From IMG/VR virus record IMGVR_UViG_3300047557_002430, positions 23,089 through 87,088 of that record: 64,000 nucleotides of DNA; one strand, 5' to 3'. Numbering within the stretch: the first letter of the stretch is position 1; the number at the start of each line of letters is the position of its first letter. The translations under genes were made by a program, and so were the position numbers. The notes under the pieces were generated by a model. The model searched no databases. It was given only the letters and a program-made list of their open reading frames with translations, and was not told the origin of the DNA. Of the stretch, positions 1-9,525 are shown piece after piece. The DNA comes from a virus.

Positions 1-1
1 C

Positions 2-727
2 GATGTTATTAAGGGCACATATCCTCGCCCTGATGGTAATACTCCGTTTGCTACGGGCGACCGCCAGATCGGTTCAAAAGTTGATGATCCTCGATTTGGT
101 ACAACTTATTACGCTGGTGAAGCTTACGGAACTCAGACTCCTGGATCTTTTATAAAAATTGATCCCACTCGGGCTACGTCTGACCCCCGTGAGCAAGCTA
201 TTTTCCGAACTGTACAACAGCAATTGCGGCAAAAACTTGCCGCCGAAAGTAAGGCTGCAACGACGGGAGGTTCCACGCGGGCTGGTACTAGCAGTGGTGG
301 GGCAAAAGCACCTTCGTCCGGTCCTGCACCTAAACCGGATACGCCTGCTGTGAGCACTGAAATCCCTCAGAAGGGGGATGCTCAGATGGACGCCATCCTT
401 AAAACAATTAAGGAATGGGGGAGTCCTGAAAACAGGGCTATTTTCACTCAGCAAGATTTAGAGGCTGAGGTTAAGCGAGCGCTTATAACCAACGCTCTTT
501 CGATGCGTCAGTCGCGAGAGAATACAAAACGCCAAGTTGAGTTAGAGAATATTAAAGCTTGGCGTGATTTAGAGTCCGCTCGAATCGAAGCTAACTCCCG
601 CCAAGCCGCTGCGTTAGGCGCCGCTGTGGCCATGTCGATGCAGCCGAATGTTTCGTACATGGATGCCATGCAAAAGACTTATGCTAGTGCTATGGCTCCT
701 TATACAAATTTCTCTCTGAAGGCATAG
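2..727 (+). CDS. Hypothetical virion/ejection-type protein (5' truncated by window edge)
   Basis: Frame is open from position 2 into the listed 224..727 ORF; Ala/Gly/Pro linker then coiled-coil-like C-terminus; followed 4 nt later by the next gene. Confidence 0.6.
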   Translation, partial: DVIKGTYPRPDGNTPFATGDRQIGSKVDDPRFGTTYYAGEAYGTQTPGSFIKIDPTRATSDPREQAIFRTVQQQLRQKLAAESKAATTGGSTRAGTSSGGAKAPSSGPAPKPDTPAVSTEIPQKGDAQMDAILKTIKEWGSPENRAIFTQQDLEAEVKRALITNALSMRQSRENTKRQVELENIKAWRDLESARIEANSRQAAALGAAVAMSMQPNVSYMDAMQKTYASAMAPYTNFSLKA

Positions 728-731
728 AAAT

Positions 732-1541
732 ATGGTTCTCCCTGTTGCAGCCGCTTTTACATTACCGATAATCCCCGGTCTTGCTTCTGCTGCCGGAATA
801 GGAACTGCTGCTGCGGGAGCTGCCGGAGCTGCGGGAGCAGGTTTAGGTACTGCCGGATTATTGTCTGGGGCCGGAGCTTTATTGGGCGGCGGCGCTTCTT
901 TAGCCAACGCTTTTATGGGCGGTGGTGGCGGAGGTTCGGCTGCTCCTGGGTATGACTACGCTTCCTTATATGCGTATCAGGCTCAGCCAGGTAATGTAGC
1001 GCTCACCACCGCTGGCTCAGAGTTAGCCAATTTAATGGCTGGTTATACAGGAACTAAAGGTATTGCTGCAAAAGTCTTAGGTCAGACAGCATACGATCAG
1101 TTTGATACCGCTAAACAACAACAGCAAACTTTATCTGGTCTACAGGCTGGTATTGCTTCTCAATACGCCAGTAGCGCTATCGGTCTTGGTGATTTAGCTG
1201 GTAAGGCTAAGATTGCCACGGAGATGATGGGGCCTGAGGTAGCCTCGGCATTAACAAAACAATACGCCGAAGGTGTCCAGCAGTTAGCTACCGAAGGTCT
1301 TAAGGGTCAAACGGCTTTATTAACTCCTGGGGCTACTGCCCTTGCTCAATCTTTCACAGATGCTCAGCGAGCAACAAATAAGTTAGCTGGAGATATCGCT
1401 TCGACTAACTTGCGCATTAAAGAGCAACAAGAAAATACGCGAAACCAAGCATTCTTAGCGCGGCAACAGTTTTCTAATTGGCAAGCGAAAAAACAAGTAG
1501 AAACTTCTCTTGCTATGGGGGCTCATCAAGCTTTTGCATGA
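732..1541 (+). CDS. Ala/Gly-rich putative internal virion (ejection/pilot-like) protein
   Basis: 269 aa; Gly/Ala-rich hydrophobic N-terminus then Gln/Ala helical region; lies in the virion module. Confidence 0.55.
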   Translation: MVLPVAAAFTLPIIPGLASAAGIGTAAAGAAGAAGAGLGTAGLLSGAGALLGGGASLANAFMGGGGGGSAAPGYDYASLYAYQAQPGNVALTTAGSELANLMAGYTGTKGIAAKVLGQTAYDQFDTAKQQQQTLSGLQAGIASQYASSAIGLGDLAGKAKIATEMMGPEVASALTKQYAEGVQQLATEGLKGQTALLTPGATALAQSFTDAQRATNKLAGDIASTNLRIKEQQENTRNQAFLARQQFSNWQAKKQVETSLAMGAHQAFA

Positions 1542-2068
1542 TTAAAGCACAGATTGGCGATTCTACAACTGTTGGAGATTGGTTAAATAGCTTAGATAAG
1601 TCTCAAAAGGACGCTTTTGTTTTTTACGCTAAGAACGCTACTAGCGATATTGAAGCTTACCTATACGCTCGGTTTTTAAAACCGTCGTACCAAGGGAGCA
1701 TCTCTGATTTAACCGCGTGGGTACAAGAAAAATACCCTAAAGAAGATCTTAGAAAGATCTTGTTAATAGAAATCGATAATATGAAGACAGACATTGATAA
1801 TGTCCGTAATATGACTGTGACTGGGATGTTAGATCATGCAACGGCTGCGACGAAGATCTCTGCTTTGCAAAAAGAACTTCGTTCGCATATTCAGGCTGTT
1901 CGGTCTATTTCAGATGGGCTTGATCGTCGCGGCCTTTTATTGGCTGGTGCTGATCGATGCCTCCGCGAACTAATGCAGACGTTTGATGGTCAGCCAACAA
2001 TACAGAGCCTTTTAGATGACTCTGCATTGCTGGTGTGGTCTACTTTGGAGCGAGAGGAGAAATCCTAA
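1538..2068 (+). CDS. Helical hypothetical protein, candidate terminase small subunit
   Basis: Likely start MIKAQIG at 1538 (ATGA overlap with upstream stop); helical; nearest + strand gene upstream of terL; function is inference only. Confidence 0.45.
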   Translation: MIKAQIGDSTTVGDWLNSLDKSQKDAFVFYAKNATSDIEAYLYARFLKPSYQGSISDLTAWVQEKYPKEDLRKILLIEIDNMKTDIDNVRNMTVTGMLDHATAATKISALQKELRSHIQAVRSISDGLDRRGLLLAGADRCLRELMQTFDGQPTIQSLLDDSALLVWSTLEREEKS

Positions 2069-3144
2069 TCAACAGGCTCTAAGAGCTTCGTGATATTTTC
2101 TAGCGGGCACCTGAAGATACCGATGAAGGCGTCATTGACCCCTAGGGACATTACTAGCTCTGTGTTGTCCACGAACGCGCCGAACGGAAGGATAACCGCG
2201 GGCTGATTTGATACCGGATTGCCTGTGTAGTCAGTCCATACGATTAATTTGTCGTTTAAGGAACCAGAGAACAGAGGTTTCTTGATTACATGAGTCACTT
2301 TCGTAAACTCTTTATCGATTAGGTAAGCACCAAGATGGTAGAGGAGATAACGCTGTCCGTTATTATCAAAAGCTACATGTTTCCAGTGGTAGAAAATTAA
2401 GTAGCCGTACTTAAGGTCGATCGGCGGAAGGGAGTTAAATGTTGCAGCTCCTTTTGTTACCTCTTCTAAAGCGTCTGTATTTATCTCGATCTTTTTGTTG
2501 CCCTCGCTTTCGATAATTAAGGGCCTTGTGGAATACAGGCAGCGCAACTCATCCTTATGAGAGAAGAAACACCAGTTCTTCTCTGGTACGCCTTTTTCTA
2601 AGTTTTTGCCGATCGGAGGGATTGCTGCCCTAACAGCTTCACCGAGAGGATCGATATAGCAAACAACTACTTTCGGTTGATCGAACAGTTTCTTATTACC
2701 TTTGTTGTACTTGCTTGCGTATGTAGACCCGACAAACTGTACATACAGTTCATCATCGGGACCGACAAACAGCCGTGGGTCTTCGTAGCTGAGCCTATGT
2801 TTATTCGGTCGGATCTTTTTAGCGCCGATGATGGTTTCATCGTCATGCAGGAGACCTAAGTAAATATCTGTTGGAGCATTATTCAGGTAGTTATAGTTTC
2901 CGTCATGTTTAAATCCAAAGGGTTCCGGCTGCGAACGCCAGGCAATATACGTTTTGTCTTTATGTCGTTGAATTGAGGGGCTGAAGTTAACCACGGAATC
3001 TTCTGGGAGACCTCGTGCAATTCGCGTAAAGGTTCCACCTAAAGCTTCCGCTTGGCCATACACATCTGGTATGCCTTTTTGCAGAGTCCGCACCGGATAC
3101 AGGCAGTGCGAATTGGTGTGATAAAAACGGTGCGTAGTTTGCAT
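2065..3144 (-). CDS. Five-bladed beta-propeller glycosidase/glycoside phosphorylase-like protein (GH130/GT108-like)
   Basis: Motifs NFSPSI, YEDPRLF, EKNWCFF, VILPFG, SLGVND typical of GH130-type propellers. Confidence 0.65.
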   Translation of the reverse strand: MQTTHRFYHTNSHCLYPVRTLQKGIPDVYGQAEALGGTFTRIARGLPEDSVVNFSPSIQRHKDKTYIAWRSQPEPFGFKHDGNYNYLNNAPTDIYLGLLHDDETIIGAKKIRPNKHRLSYEDPRLFVGPDDELYVQFVGSTYASKYNKGNKKLFDQPKVVVCYIDPLGEAVRAAIPPIGKNLEKGVPEKNWCFFSHKDELRCLYSTRPLIIESEGNKKIEINTDALEEVTKGAATFNSLPPIDLKYGYLIFYHWKHVAFDNNGQRYLLYHLGAYLIDKEFTKVTHVIKKPLFSGSLNDKLIVWTDYTGNPVSNQPAVILPFGAFVDNTELVMSLGVNDAFIGIFRCPLENITKLLEPVD

Positions 3145-3147
3145 GGT

Positions 3148-4320
3148 TCAGTTCAGGAGATCTTTTACAGCGTGAGAAAAACCGGCAGCTACGTTTTCCC
3201 AGCGATATTCATTTCGCTGCGTGACTGCGTAGCAAGAATCAGCGACTTCGTTGTAAACCTCTTTGTTGTGGTAAAGCTCATTTAGGTTTTCTACAGCATG
3301 GTCTACGTTAATAAGACCCCGCTCCACCCCAAGATCTTTATCGACAACCCACGTGGCGATATCGGTCAGAAGTGCTGCTTCCTCCCAGATGTCGGCGCAG
3401 GCGGTGTGATTCGGGACTACCTGAGGTTTGCGGCAGCTTGCGTGTTCAAACGAAACCAGACCCCAACCTTCGCCATCTGCGGTGTTGATGCCAACGTCAC
3501 AGGAGTTATAAATCCTGTTGAGCATTTCGTCGGAAGGCGCATCCAAGTAATTAAGTTCTGTAGAGGTAAGCACCAAACGTTTTACAGGGTCTAGGCCATA
3601 CTTCTGCATTTCCCTGTTAAACAGAGGAATCACATCCCACCCCATGTCCTTCGCCCCCATATGGAGGTAAAGCATGGTCTCTGGTTTATCTACAGCGAAT
3701 TTGGCGAAGGCTTGGATCGTCAGATCGATCCTCTTTCTCGGTTGATTTCGGTTTGCATTCAGAACGATAAATTTATCGTTCGGCAATCCGAGAGCTGCTC
3801 TGGCTTCTTCCTTAGGCATCGGCGTAAATTTACCGACATCAACCCCGTGGGGAAGAACACCTAAACGTTCGGCTTTGACACCGTGCTTTAAAATGCGGTG
3901 AGCGCAGTTAATCGTAAAGGTGATTGCCATATCCCAATGAGGGATATTGCGCAACATGTCAGAAAAATACGCTTCGCTATCAATTGGAAAGTAACAAACA
4001 AATTTAAACTTAAGCTCATCTTTCATGAACTGGATGCGCTCCCAAACTTGGTTGCAAATCCAGATATCCTGAAGGCAGATAAAAACGTCGGGTCTTACTT
4101 TCTGTAGGATCTCAGGAAGCCTGGGGATCCCAAAACGATCTCCGCAATGCACGTTAGTTGCGGGATACACAGTAAACGGGTAGTCGTGCGGGTCTCCCGA
4201 ATAATTCAGCCCCAGCACGTGGACTTCATGTTCCTTAGCTAAATGAGCTAGTACACTATGTGTTACCCGAGCGAACCCAGTATTACAACACGCATCACCG
4301 TACCAAAGAATTTTTGCCAT
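3148..4320 (-). CDS. GT-B glycosyltransferase (GT4-like)
   Basis: KILWYGD..TGFARV, PHGVD, NRNQPRKRID, EGWGLVSFEHASC (EX7E motif). Confidence 0.9.
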   Translation of the reverse strand: MAKILWYGDACCNTGFARVTHSVLAHLAKEHEVHVLGLNYSGDPHDYPFTVYPATNVHCGDRFGIPRLPEILQKVRPDVFICLQDIWICNQVWERIQFMKDELKFKFVCYFPIDSEAYFSDMLRNIPHWDMAITFTINCAHRILKHGVKAERLGVLPHGVDVGKFTPMPKEEARAALGLPNDKFIVLNANRNQPRKRIDLTIQAFAKFAVDKPETMLYLHMGAKDMGWDVIPLFNREMQKYGLDPVKRLVLTSTELNYLDAPSDEMLNRIYNSCDVGINTADGEGWGLVSFEHASCRKPQVVPNHTACADIWEEAALLTDIATWVVDKDLGVERGLINVDHAVENLNELYHNKEVYNEVADSCYAVTQRNEYRWENVAAGFSHAVKDLLN

Positions 4321-4373
4321 TCTTAATTGGCATTGAAGTACAGTTAATATAGCGGTACTGTCAACTTACTGAT

Positions 4374-5894
4374 ATGCCAAGTCGGGAAACGTTTGCGTAT
4401 CGGCGGGCAGCTCAGATGCGGGCGCTACGCGCAACAGAGGATACGTCAAATACAGTTGACACTATTTATTCTAAAGCCGCTAACGACTTCCATACGTTCT
4501 GTACGCTTCTGGATAAGCCTCCAGCAAAGCACATGTTGGAGTGGCACCAGCACCTAATTACAGGGGAATCGAACAAATACCTTTTAGATATCGCAGGGCA
4601 GAATCTCTCCATCCTGGCGCCGCGCGGCTCAGCAAAGTCCACAGTCCTTAACCTCTTTACCGCGTGGGTTATTGGCCGCCACACGACAGCTAAGCGCCCT
4701 TTACAGATTATTTACGTCTCTTACAACATCGCAACGGCTATTCCGAAGAGCAGAATTATCCGTCAGATCATCGATTCTCCTGAATTTAAAAAAGTTTTTC
4801 CGAAAGTTCAGCTAAGAGCAGGGATGCAGTCGGATATTGGTTGGTCGATTGATTTTGAATATGCAGGTATCCCTCGGATTGGTGACGAAGAATTTACTTT
4901 ACGAGCTGCTGGTCTACGAGGTTCGATTACGTCTAAACGTGCGCATCTCGTAATCGTGGATGACCCAATAAAATCGAGCGCGGATATTAAAAATCCGGCG
5001 ATTCGGGAGGAGATGAACAATAACTGGTCGTCTGTTATCGCTCCGATTATCTTCGAGGGCGGCCGAGCGCTCTGTTTGGGCACTCGATTCCACCCTCTCG
5101 ACATCCATAAAACGATGTTTGTGCCCGAAAAAGGGTGGAAGCAGGTTACGCAAGAGGCTATTACGTATAGCAACATGGGCGAACCGGTCAGTTATTGGCC
5201 CGAACAATGGTCTGCAGAGTATTTGTTGGGTCAAAAAGAGCTAGATCCTGTTGCTTTTGCCTTCCAGTATCAGCAACAGCCCGTTATGACGTCAGATTTA
5301 GTGGTTTCACCTGATTTATTGGTGAAAGGGGAAGTTGTAACCGAGTTCGATTCCCTCGCCGTGGGAATAGATCTCTCTGCAAGCAAAAATGAGACCAGTG
5401 ATTACACAGCTTTTGTGTTAGGAGGGCGTTTAAAAGATAAATACTACATAATTGACGCGCATCAGTGCCGTTCGATCGGAAATTTAGAGAAAATTGATCT
5501 CTTGTGCGACATGTTACTGGAATGGGGCATCCTTACGCAGCACGACGGTGTATTTTTACCCACATATTCGACTATTACGCTCGTTGTAGAGTCTGTCGCG
5601 TATCAAGCGTCTCTTGCGGCGGACTTAAAACGCGTTCTGATCAATGAACGTGAGCTGGGTAACCTTCATATTCATGAAGTTAAAGGTTTTAGAGGGGACA
5701 AGATCGCCCGGTTCCGTGGAACTTTAGGATTGCTAGAAAACAAGAAAATTACGTTCAATAAATACCGTAAATTCGACGCTTTGTTCGATCAGTTGATCAA
5801 CGTCGGCGCCACGGCTCACGATGACCTGCTGGACGCCTACACCTGGCTAATCCAGTTTTTACAAAGACGTGGTGAATTTTCGATTGAATACTGA
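4374..5894 (+). CDS. terL: Terminase large subunit
   Basis: Walker A APRGSAKST, Walker B LVIVDD, GTRFH motif, RNase H-like nuclease GIDLS ... HDDLLDA. Confidence 0.92.
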   Translation: MPSRETFAYRRAAQMRALRATEDTSNTVDTIYSKAANDFHTFCTLLDKPPAKHMLEWHQHLITGESNKYLLDIAGQNLSILAPRGSAKSTVLNLFTAWVIGRHTTAKRPLQIIYVSYNIATAIPKSRIIRQIIDSPEFKKVFPKVQLRAGMQSDIGWSIDFEYAGIPRIGDEEFTLRAAGLRGSITSKRAHLVIVDDPIKSSADIKNPAIREEMNNNWSSVIAPIIFEGGRALCLGTRFHPLDIHKTMFVPEKGWKQVTQEAITYSNMGEPVSYWPEQWSAEYLLGQKELDPVAFAFQYQQQPVMTSDLVVSPDLLVKGEVVTEFDSLAVGIDLSASKNETSDYTAFVLGGRLKDKYYIIDAHQCRSIGNLEKIDLLCDMLLEWGILTQHDGVFLPTYSTITLVVESVAYQASLAADLKRVLINERELGNLHIHEVKGFRGDKIARFRGTLGLLENKKITFNKYRKFDALFDQLINVGATAHDDLLDAYTWLIQFLQRRGEFSIEY

Positions 5895-5952
5895 TTAACT
5901 CGCTTTCAGCGTCATAGATTGTTCCTGTTCTCTCGGCGGTGCCGAGCTAAAA

Positions 5953-6825
5953 ATGTCTAAGAAAATCTGGGTCGCCATCACAGCACACAATCCTTTGGCG
6001 CGTTTAAACCCGCTTATTAATGTTCTAACTGAGTACCAAAAATATCCTCATGACGTTCACATTAATGTGTACGTTAATTATGAGGCTCAAGAGGACGTGC
6101 CAACACTAGAGGCGGTGTTGGAACCCTTTAGCGATCTGAACGTTCAGATAAAAGTAGCTTCGCCTGACTATAAAGGTTGGTTTCTCACGTGGGCGCATAA
6201 AACAGACTTAGCACTCGCAATCCTTAATCGCGAAGCAGACTATTACGTCTATCAAGAAAATGATGTCCTGATTCGTAAGGATAACTTTGATTATTACGTT
6301 AAGTGGAAGCCTGCTCTTAATCGTTACGGCTTGGAGCCTGGATTTGCTCTTTATGAAAGTTTCGAAGGTAAACGAGTACCAATCGGTAACTATGAAAAAT
6401 GGAGCCTAACCAAGGAGACACCTAAGGTTTGGCACGACTTTGGTTTTATGGTTCCAAAAATCCTCGTGGTTGATTATGAGGTTGACTTCTTTATCCAGTT
6501 GGGTAGCCCGTATTACTGCGGCATGATCTTGGATCAATTAGACGGAGAGCAGTATATTCGGTCTGACAGTTTTGACCCAGAAAAGAGTTATGTAAAAACT
6601 GGAATTAGGAACTGGCCTATTGCTGATCGCAGCTCCATGGGCTTGGCCTTTGAAGATCTTCCCCACGGGTATGAGCACAGGCGTTGTGTTCCGGTCTATA
6701 AAAACAAAACCCAGTATCAAATCCTTGAGTGTGGCCTAATTCGGCACGACGACGATAAATACTCTAAAAACCTAAAAGAGAGACACAACAAATTATTATG
6801 TGTTGAGGAGATGCTCGTCGTGTGA
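5953..6825 (+). CDS. Putative GT-A fold glycosyltransferase
   Basis: N-terminal KIWVAITAH strand, DYYVYQEND (DxD-like) and C-terminal IRHDD; weak family recognition. Confidence 0.5.
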   Translation: MSKKIWVAITAHNPLARLNPLINVLTEYQKYPHDVHINVYVNYEAQEDVPTLEAVLEPFSDLNVQIKVASPDYKGWFLTWAHKTDLALAILNREADYYVYQENDVLIRKDNFDYYVKWKPALNRYGLEPGFALYESFEGKRVPIGNYEKWSLTKETPKVWHDFGFMVPKILVVDYEVDFFIQLGSPYYCGMILDQLDGEQYIRSDSFDPEKSYVKTGIRNWPIADRSSMGLAFEDLPHGYEHRRCVPVYKNKTQYQILECGLIRHDDDKYSKNLKERHNKLLCVEEMLVV

Positions 6826-6886
6826 TTTAAAGTGCGGCATAGTGGGGCTGAATACGTCCACATTTGTTACTTCTACTTAGGGAAAC

Positions 6887-7189
6887 ATGAGTGCCAAACC
6901 CTTCCACGAAGCGACGCCTACCGATTACGACGATTTTTGGAACGATGCAATGGAACGATCTTCTGGTTCAATCCTGCAGGCTGATAAAGCGGTTAGACCA
7001 GATTACTACAAACGTAATGGTTTAGAATGTTATGACGTTCAGCGAGCTTCTATGGGGCTCGTAAAATATCAGGGCTATCTTGAAGGATGTGCCCAGAAAT
7101 ACCTGTGGCGTTGGGAACAGAAAAACGGGAAACAGGATCTGCAAAAAGCGGTCGAATATTTGAGTAAACTTATAGAAACACTCGATTGA
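6887..7189 (+). CDS. DUF3310 / T7 gp1.7-like nucleotide kinase family protein
   Basis: P.YY...GLEC.D...GYLEG...KYLWR...KNG.QDL.KA..YL signature. Confidence 0.8.
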   Translation: MSAKPFHEATPTDYDDFWNDAMERSSGSILQADKAVRPDYYKRNGLECYDVQRASMGLVKYQGYLEGCAQKYLWRWEQKNGKQDLQKAVEYLSKLIETLD

Positions 7190-7190
7190 T

Positions 7191-7478
7191 ATGGACGTAA
7201 GAGCTTTTGGCGGTTCGTTTTATCCGTATAGCGCCAACCTTCCTTATACGAGTGGGTTTTTAGTCACTGCCAGCGGGCAGTCCACAAATTTCCCTGCTTG
7301 CCGTGCTGTTTATATTGATGACGGAAACAGCAACCAGAATCTTCAAGTAATTTTGACGGATGCTCCCGGTACTCCGATTACCATCCGTAAGGTAACAGCA
7401 AACGCTCTCATTCCGATTTCAATCACAACCATCAGTGGTGCCGAAACAACCGTGGAAAAAGTTGTGGTGCTCTACTGA
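7191..7478 (+). CDS. Small beta-rich virion (spike/decoration-like) protein
   Basis: 95 aa; CRAVYI ... LIPISIT ... VVVLY pattern of small phage beta proteins; 3 SG dipeptides. Confidence 0.55.
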   Translation: MDVRAFGGSFYPYSANLPYTSGFLVTASGQSTNFPACRAVYIDDGNSNQNLQVILTDAPGTPITIRKVTANALIPISITTISGAETTVEKVVVLY

Positions 7479-7708
7479 TGGCCGAAATCGCTAAAAAAAG
7501 AGATCCGCAAAAGTGGGCTCGGGCTAAGGCTAAGGCCCGTGCCAAACTCGGCGGCCATAGTGCACGGGCGATGCAGCTTGCGACTAAGTATTATAAAGAA
7601 ATGGGAGGACGTTACGAAGGTAAAAAGTCCTCTGAAAATCGCCTTTCGCGGTGGTCTAAAGAAGACTGGCAGACACGAGAGGAGTACGAAAAATCTAAGG
7701 AAGACTGA
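7478..7708 (+). CDS. Basic protein, N-terminal half of DUF5872-like
   Basis: HSARAMQLA..YYKEMGGRY ... LSRWSKEDWQT. Confidence 0.65.
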   Translation: MAEIAKKRDPQKWARAKAKARAKLGGHSARAMQLATKYYKEMGGRYEGKKSSENRLSRWSKEDWQTREEYEKSKED

Positions 7709-7920
7709 TGGCTTACACAACGACTGACCTGTTAACCGCTCTCGGCGGCAAAAAAACTTTTTCTACCGAGGTTCTGCCAGAATCCAAGGATTTTGAGGCT
7801 TACTTAATAGGTTCAGATTACTCTTCGATTATGAAATCTCTTTTGGATAGAACTAAGGATGCCCTTCTTTTAAAAGCCTATGCTGATCGGAAACTTATAG
7901 ACCCCTCTGCGAGTATGTAA
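7708..7920 (+). CDS. Hypothetical protein
   Basis: 70 aa; coupled to flanking genes (TGATG overlap, 1-nt gap). Confidence 0.55.
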   Translation: MAYTTTDLLTALGGKKTFSTEVLPESKDFEAYLIGSDYSSIMKSLLDRTKDALLLKAYADRKLIDPSASM

Positions 7921-7921
7921 T

Positions 7922-8137
7922 ATGTCGGACTTAGCTAGGGAAAAGGGTCGGACTGAGCGGTATTTACCCCGAGCAGCTTGGGCAGCACTTTCTGCCGAAG
8001 AACGTCGCGCAACTGACGAAAAAAAGAAGGCCGCCACACGCGGGGATAAACCTGTGAATACTAGAGTACCTAATACCAATAAAGCTAGAGAAGCTCGTAA
8101 AAAGGCTTCCGAGTACATCAAGCGTAAAGCTCAATGA
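7922..8137 (+). CDS. Basic protein, C-terminal half of DUF5872-like
   Basis: TERYLPRAAWAALS.EE..AT..KK ... VPNT.KA..AR. Confidence 0.65.
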   Translation: MSDLAREKGRTERYLPRAAWAALSAEERRATDEKKKAATRGDKPVNTRVPNTNKAREARKKASEYIKRKAQ

Positions 8138-8460
8138 TTAATCCGCAGAGCCCTTTCGGTCAAGCAAGCCAGTTTTTTGGTTCTGCTTTCAATGACATGA
8201 AACAAGCGTCGGAGTTTCAGGAACGTGTTCAGGGCTCTAACAGCCCTAAAAATTTATATTCGGAAGAATATGACCGTTCTCATATGTACGGGTCTGTGCC
8301 TCCGCGAACTTCTGCGTATAGCCCGGATCAAACGAGTGTCAGTAGTGTCGAGTCACTGAAAGAAGAACTCCTATCGACCGCTCGCGCTCAACAGCGTTCC
8401 TCGAACGGAAGTATCGCAGTGCGGGCAGGCGGTGGTATTAATACTGCCATTCGACGCTAA
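8134..8460 (+). CDS. Hypothetical Ser-rich protein
   Basis: 108 aa; ATGA-coupled. Confidence 0.55.
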   Translation: MINPQSPFGQASQFFGSAFNDMKQASEFQERVQGSNSPKNLYSEEYDRSHMYGSVPPRTSAYSPDQTSVSSVESLKEELLSTARAQQRSSNGSIAVRAGGGINTAIRR

Positions 8461-8485
8461 TATACTGACAGTCGCGTGACTGTTT

Positions 8486-9328
8486 GTGCTGTTCGACTGC
8501 TTTTTATATTTCGACGAGAAGGAACTTCTTGAACTTCGCTACGAGTTGTTAAAAGACGTTGTAGACGGTTTTATTATCACAGACGGAAACAGGACGTTTA
8601 GAGGAGACCCTAAACCTTTTACCTGCGTAGATACAATCAGGGAGTTAGGTTTACCTGAGGATAAGATTCAGGTTCTACACGTTGAACTTCCCACGCCGGA
8701 AGAGTGCTCAATCCCGTGGTCGCGGGAATATGCGCAGAGGGATGCCTTAGGGGTCGGTATGCGTATGTGTCCTCCGGACTCCGTGTTCTTTTTTAGTGAT
8801 GTTGACGAGATTCCCAAACCAGAAAAACTTTTAGAAGCTGTCGAAGTAGCTAAACAGGATCCTTCGCGCTGTGTGCGACTTTCTATGCCTATGTTCTATG
8901 GGCGCGCGGATTTGCGAGTTAAGGATCCGAACGGAGATGACTCGAAAGCCCCAAATAATTGGACATGTGGGACGATCGTTTTATATGAGCATCTCGATCG
9001 CACACCCTCTCAGATTCGTATGAACCCTAACGATATCGTCTTAGGGAACTGTGACGCAGGGTGGCATTTCTCGTGGATGGGAGACTCATCCCGTATGAAA
9101 CGTAAGGTGACTTCGTTTTCTCATTGTTTCGATGACATCCCTAACTCAGTCGCACCGGCTTACAGCGAGGAAATGTTGGATCATTTAGACAACTATAAAG
9201 CACAAGCTGGTAATACAGACCCATTGGGACGTACGGATCATATTTTAGAGCTTTATCCGCATGACCTTTTACCGCCAGAATTGTTTAAACTTGAGAGAGT
9301 ACGCAAGTATTTGCTTCCCGATGGCTAG
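8486..9328 (+). CDS. Glycosyltransferase family 17-like (beta-1,4-GlcNAc transferase)
   Basis: DCFLYFDEKELLELR, TFRGDPKP, REYAQRD, FSDVDEIP, GWHFSW, KVTSFSH. Confidence 0.88.
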   Translation: MLFDCFLYFDEKELLELRYELLKDVVDGFIITDGNRTFRGDPKPFTCVDTIRELGLPEDKIQVLHVELPTPEECSIPWSREYAQRDALGVGMRMCPPDSVFFFSDVDEIPKPEKLLEAVEVAKQDPSRCVRLSMPMFYGRADLRVKDPNGDDSKAPNNWTCGTIVLYEHLDRTPSQIRMNPNDIVLGNCDAGWHFSWMGDSSRMKRKVTSFSHCFDDIPNSVAPAYSEEMLDHLDNYKAQAGNTDPLGRTDHILELYPHDLLPPELFKLERVRKYLLPDG

Positions 9329-9494
9329 TTCCATGCCCGAAGGGCTTCGCAAGCACATGGAATCGAAAGAAGAGCGTGGCGAACACGGTAAAAAAGACGA
9401 CGAAAAGTCAGAAATGAAGCGTCGCGAAGCTCTTCGTAAGGCCAAAAAAGCTAAGACTAAGCGTCACGCCGAAAAAGAAGCCGAAAAGCGTTGA
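9321..9494 (+). CDS. Small Lys/Glu-rich basic protein
   Basis: Likely start MASSMPEG at 9321 overlapping the upstream stop; highly charged. Confidence 0.6.
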   Translation: MASSMPEGLRKHMESKEERGEHGKKDDEKSEMKRREALRKAKKAKTKRHAEKEAEKR

Positions 9495-9525
9495 TTTTGG
9501 CTTAAAAAACCTGTATTAATAGGTC

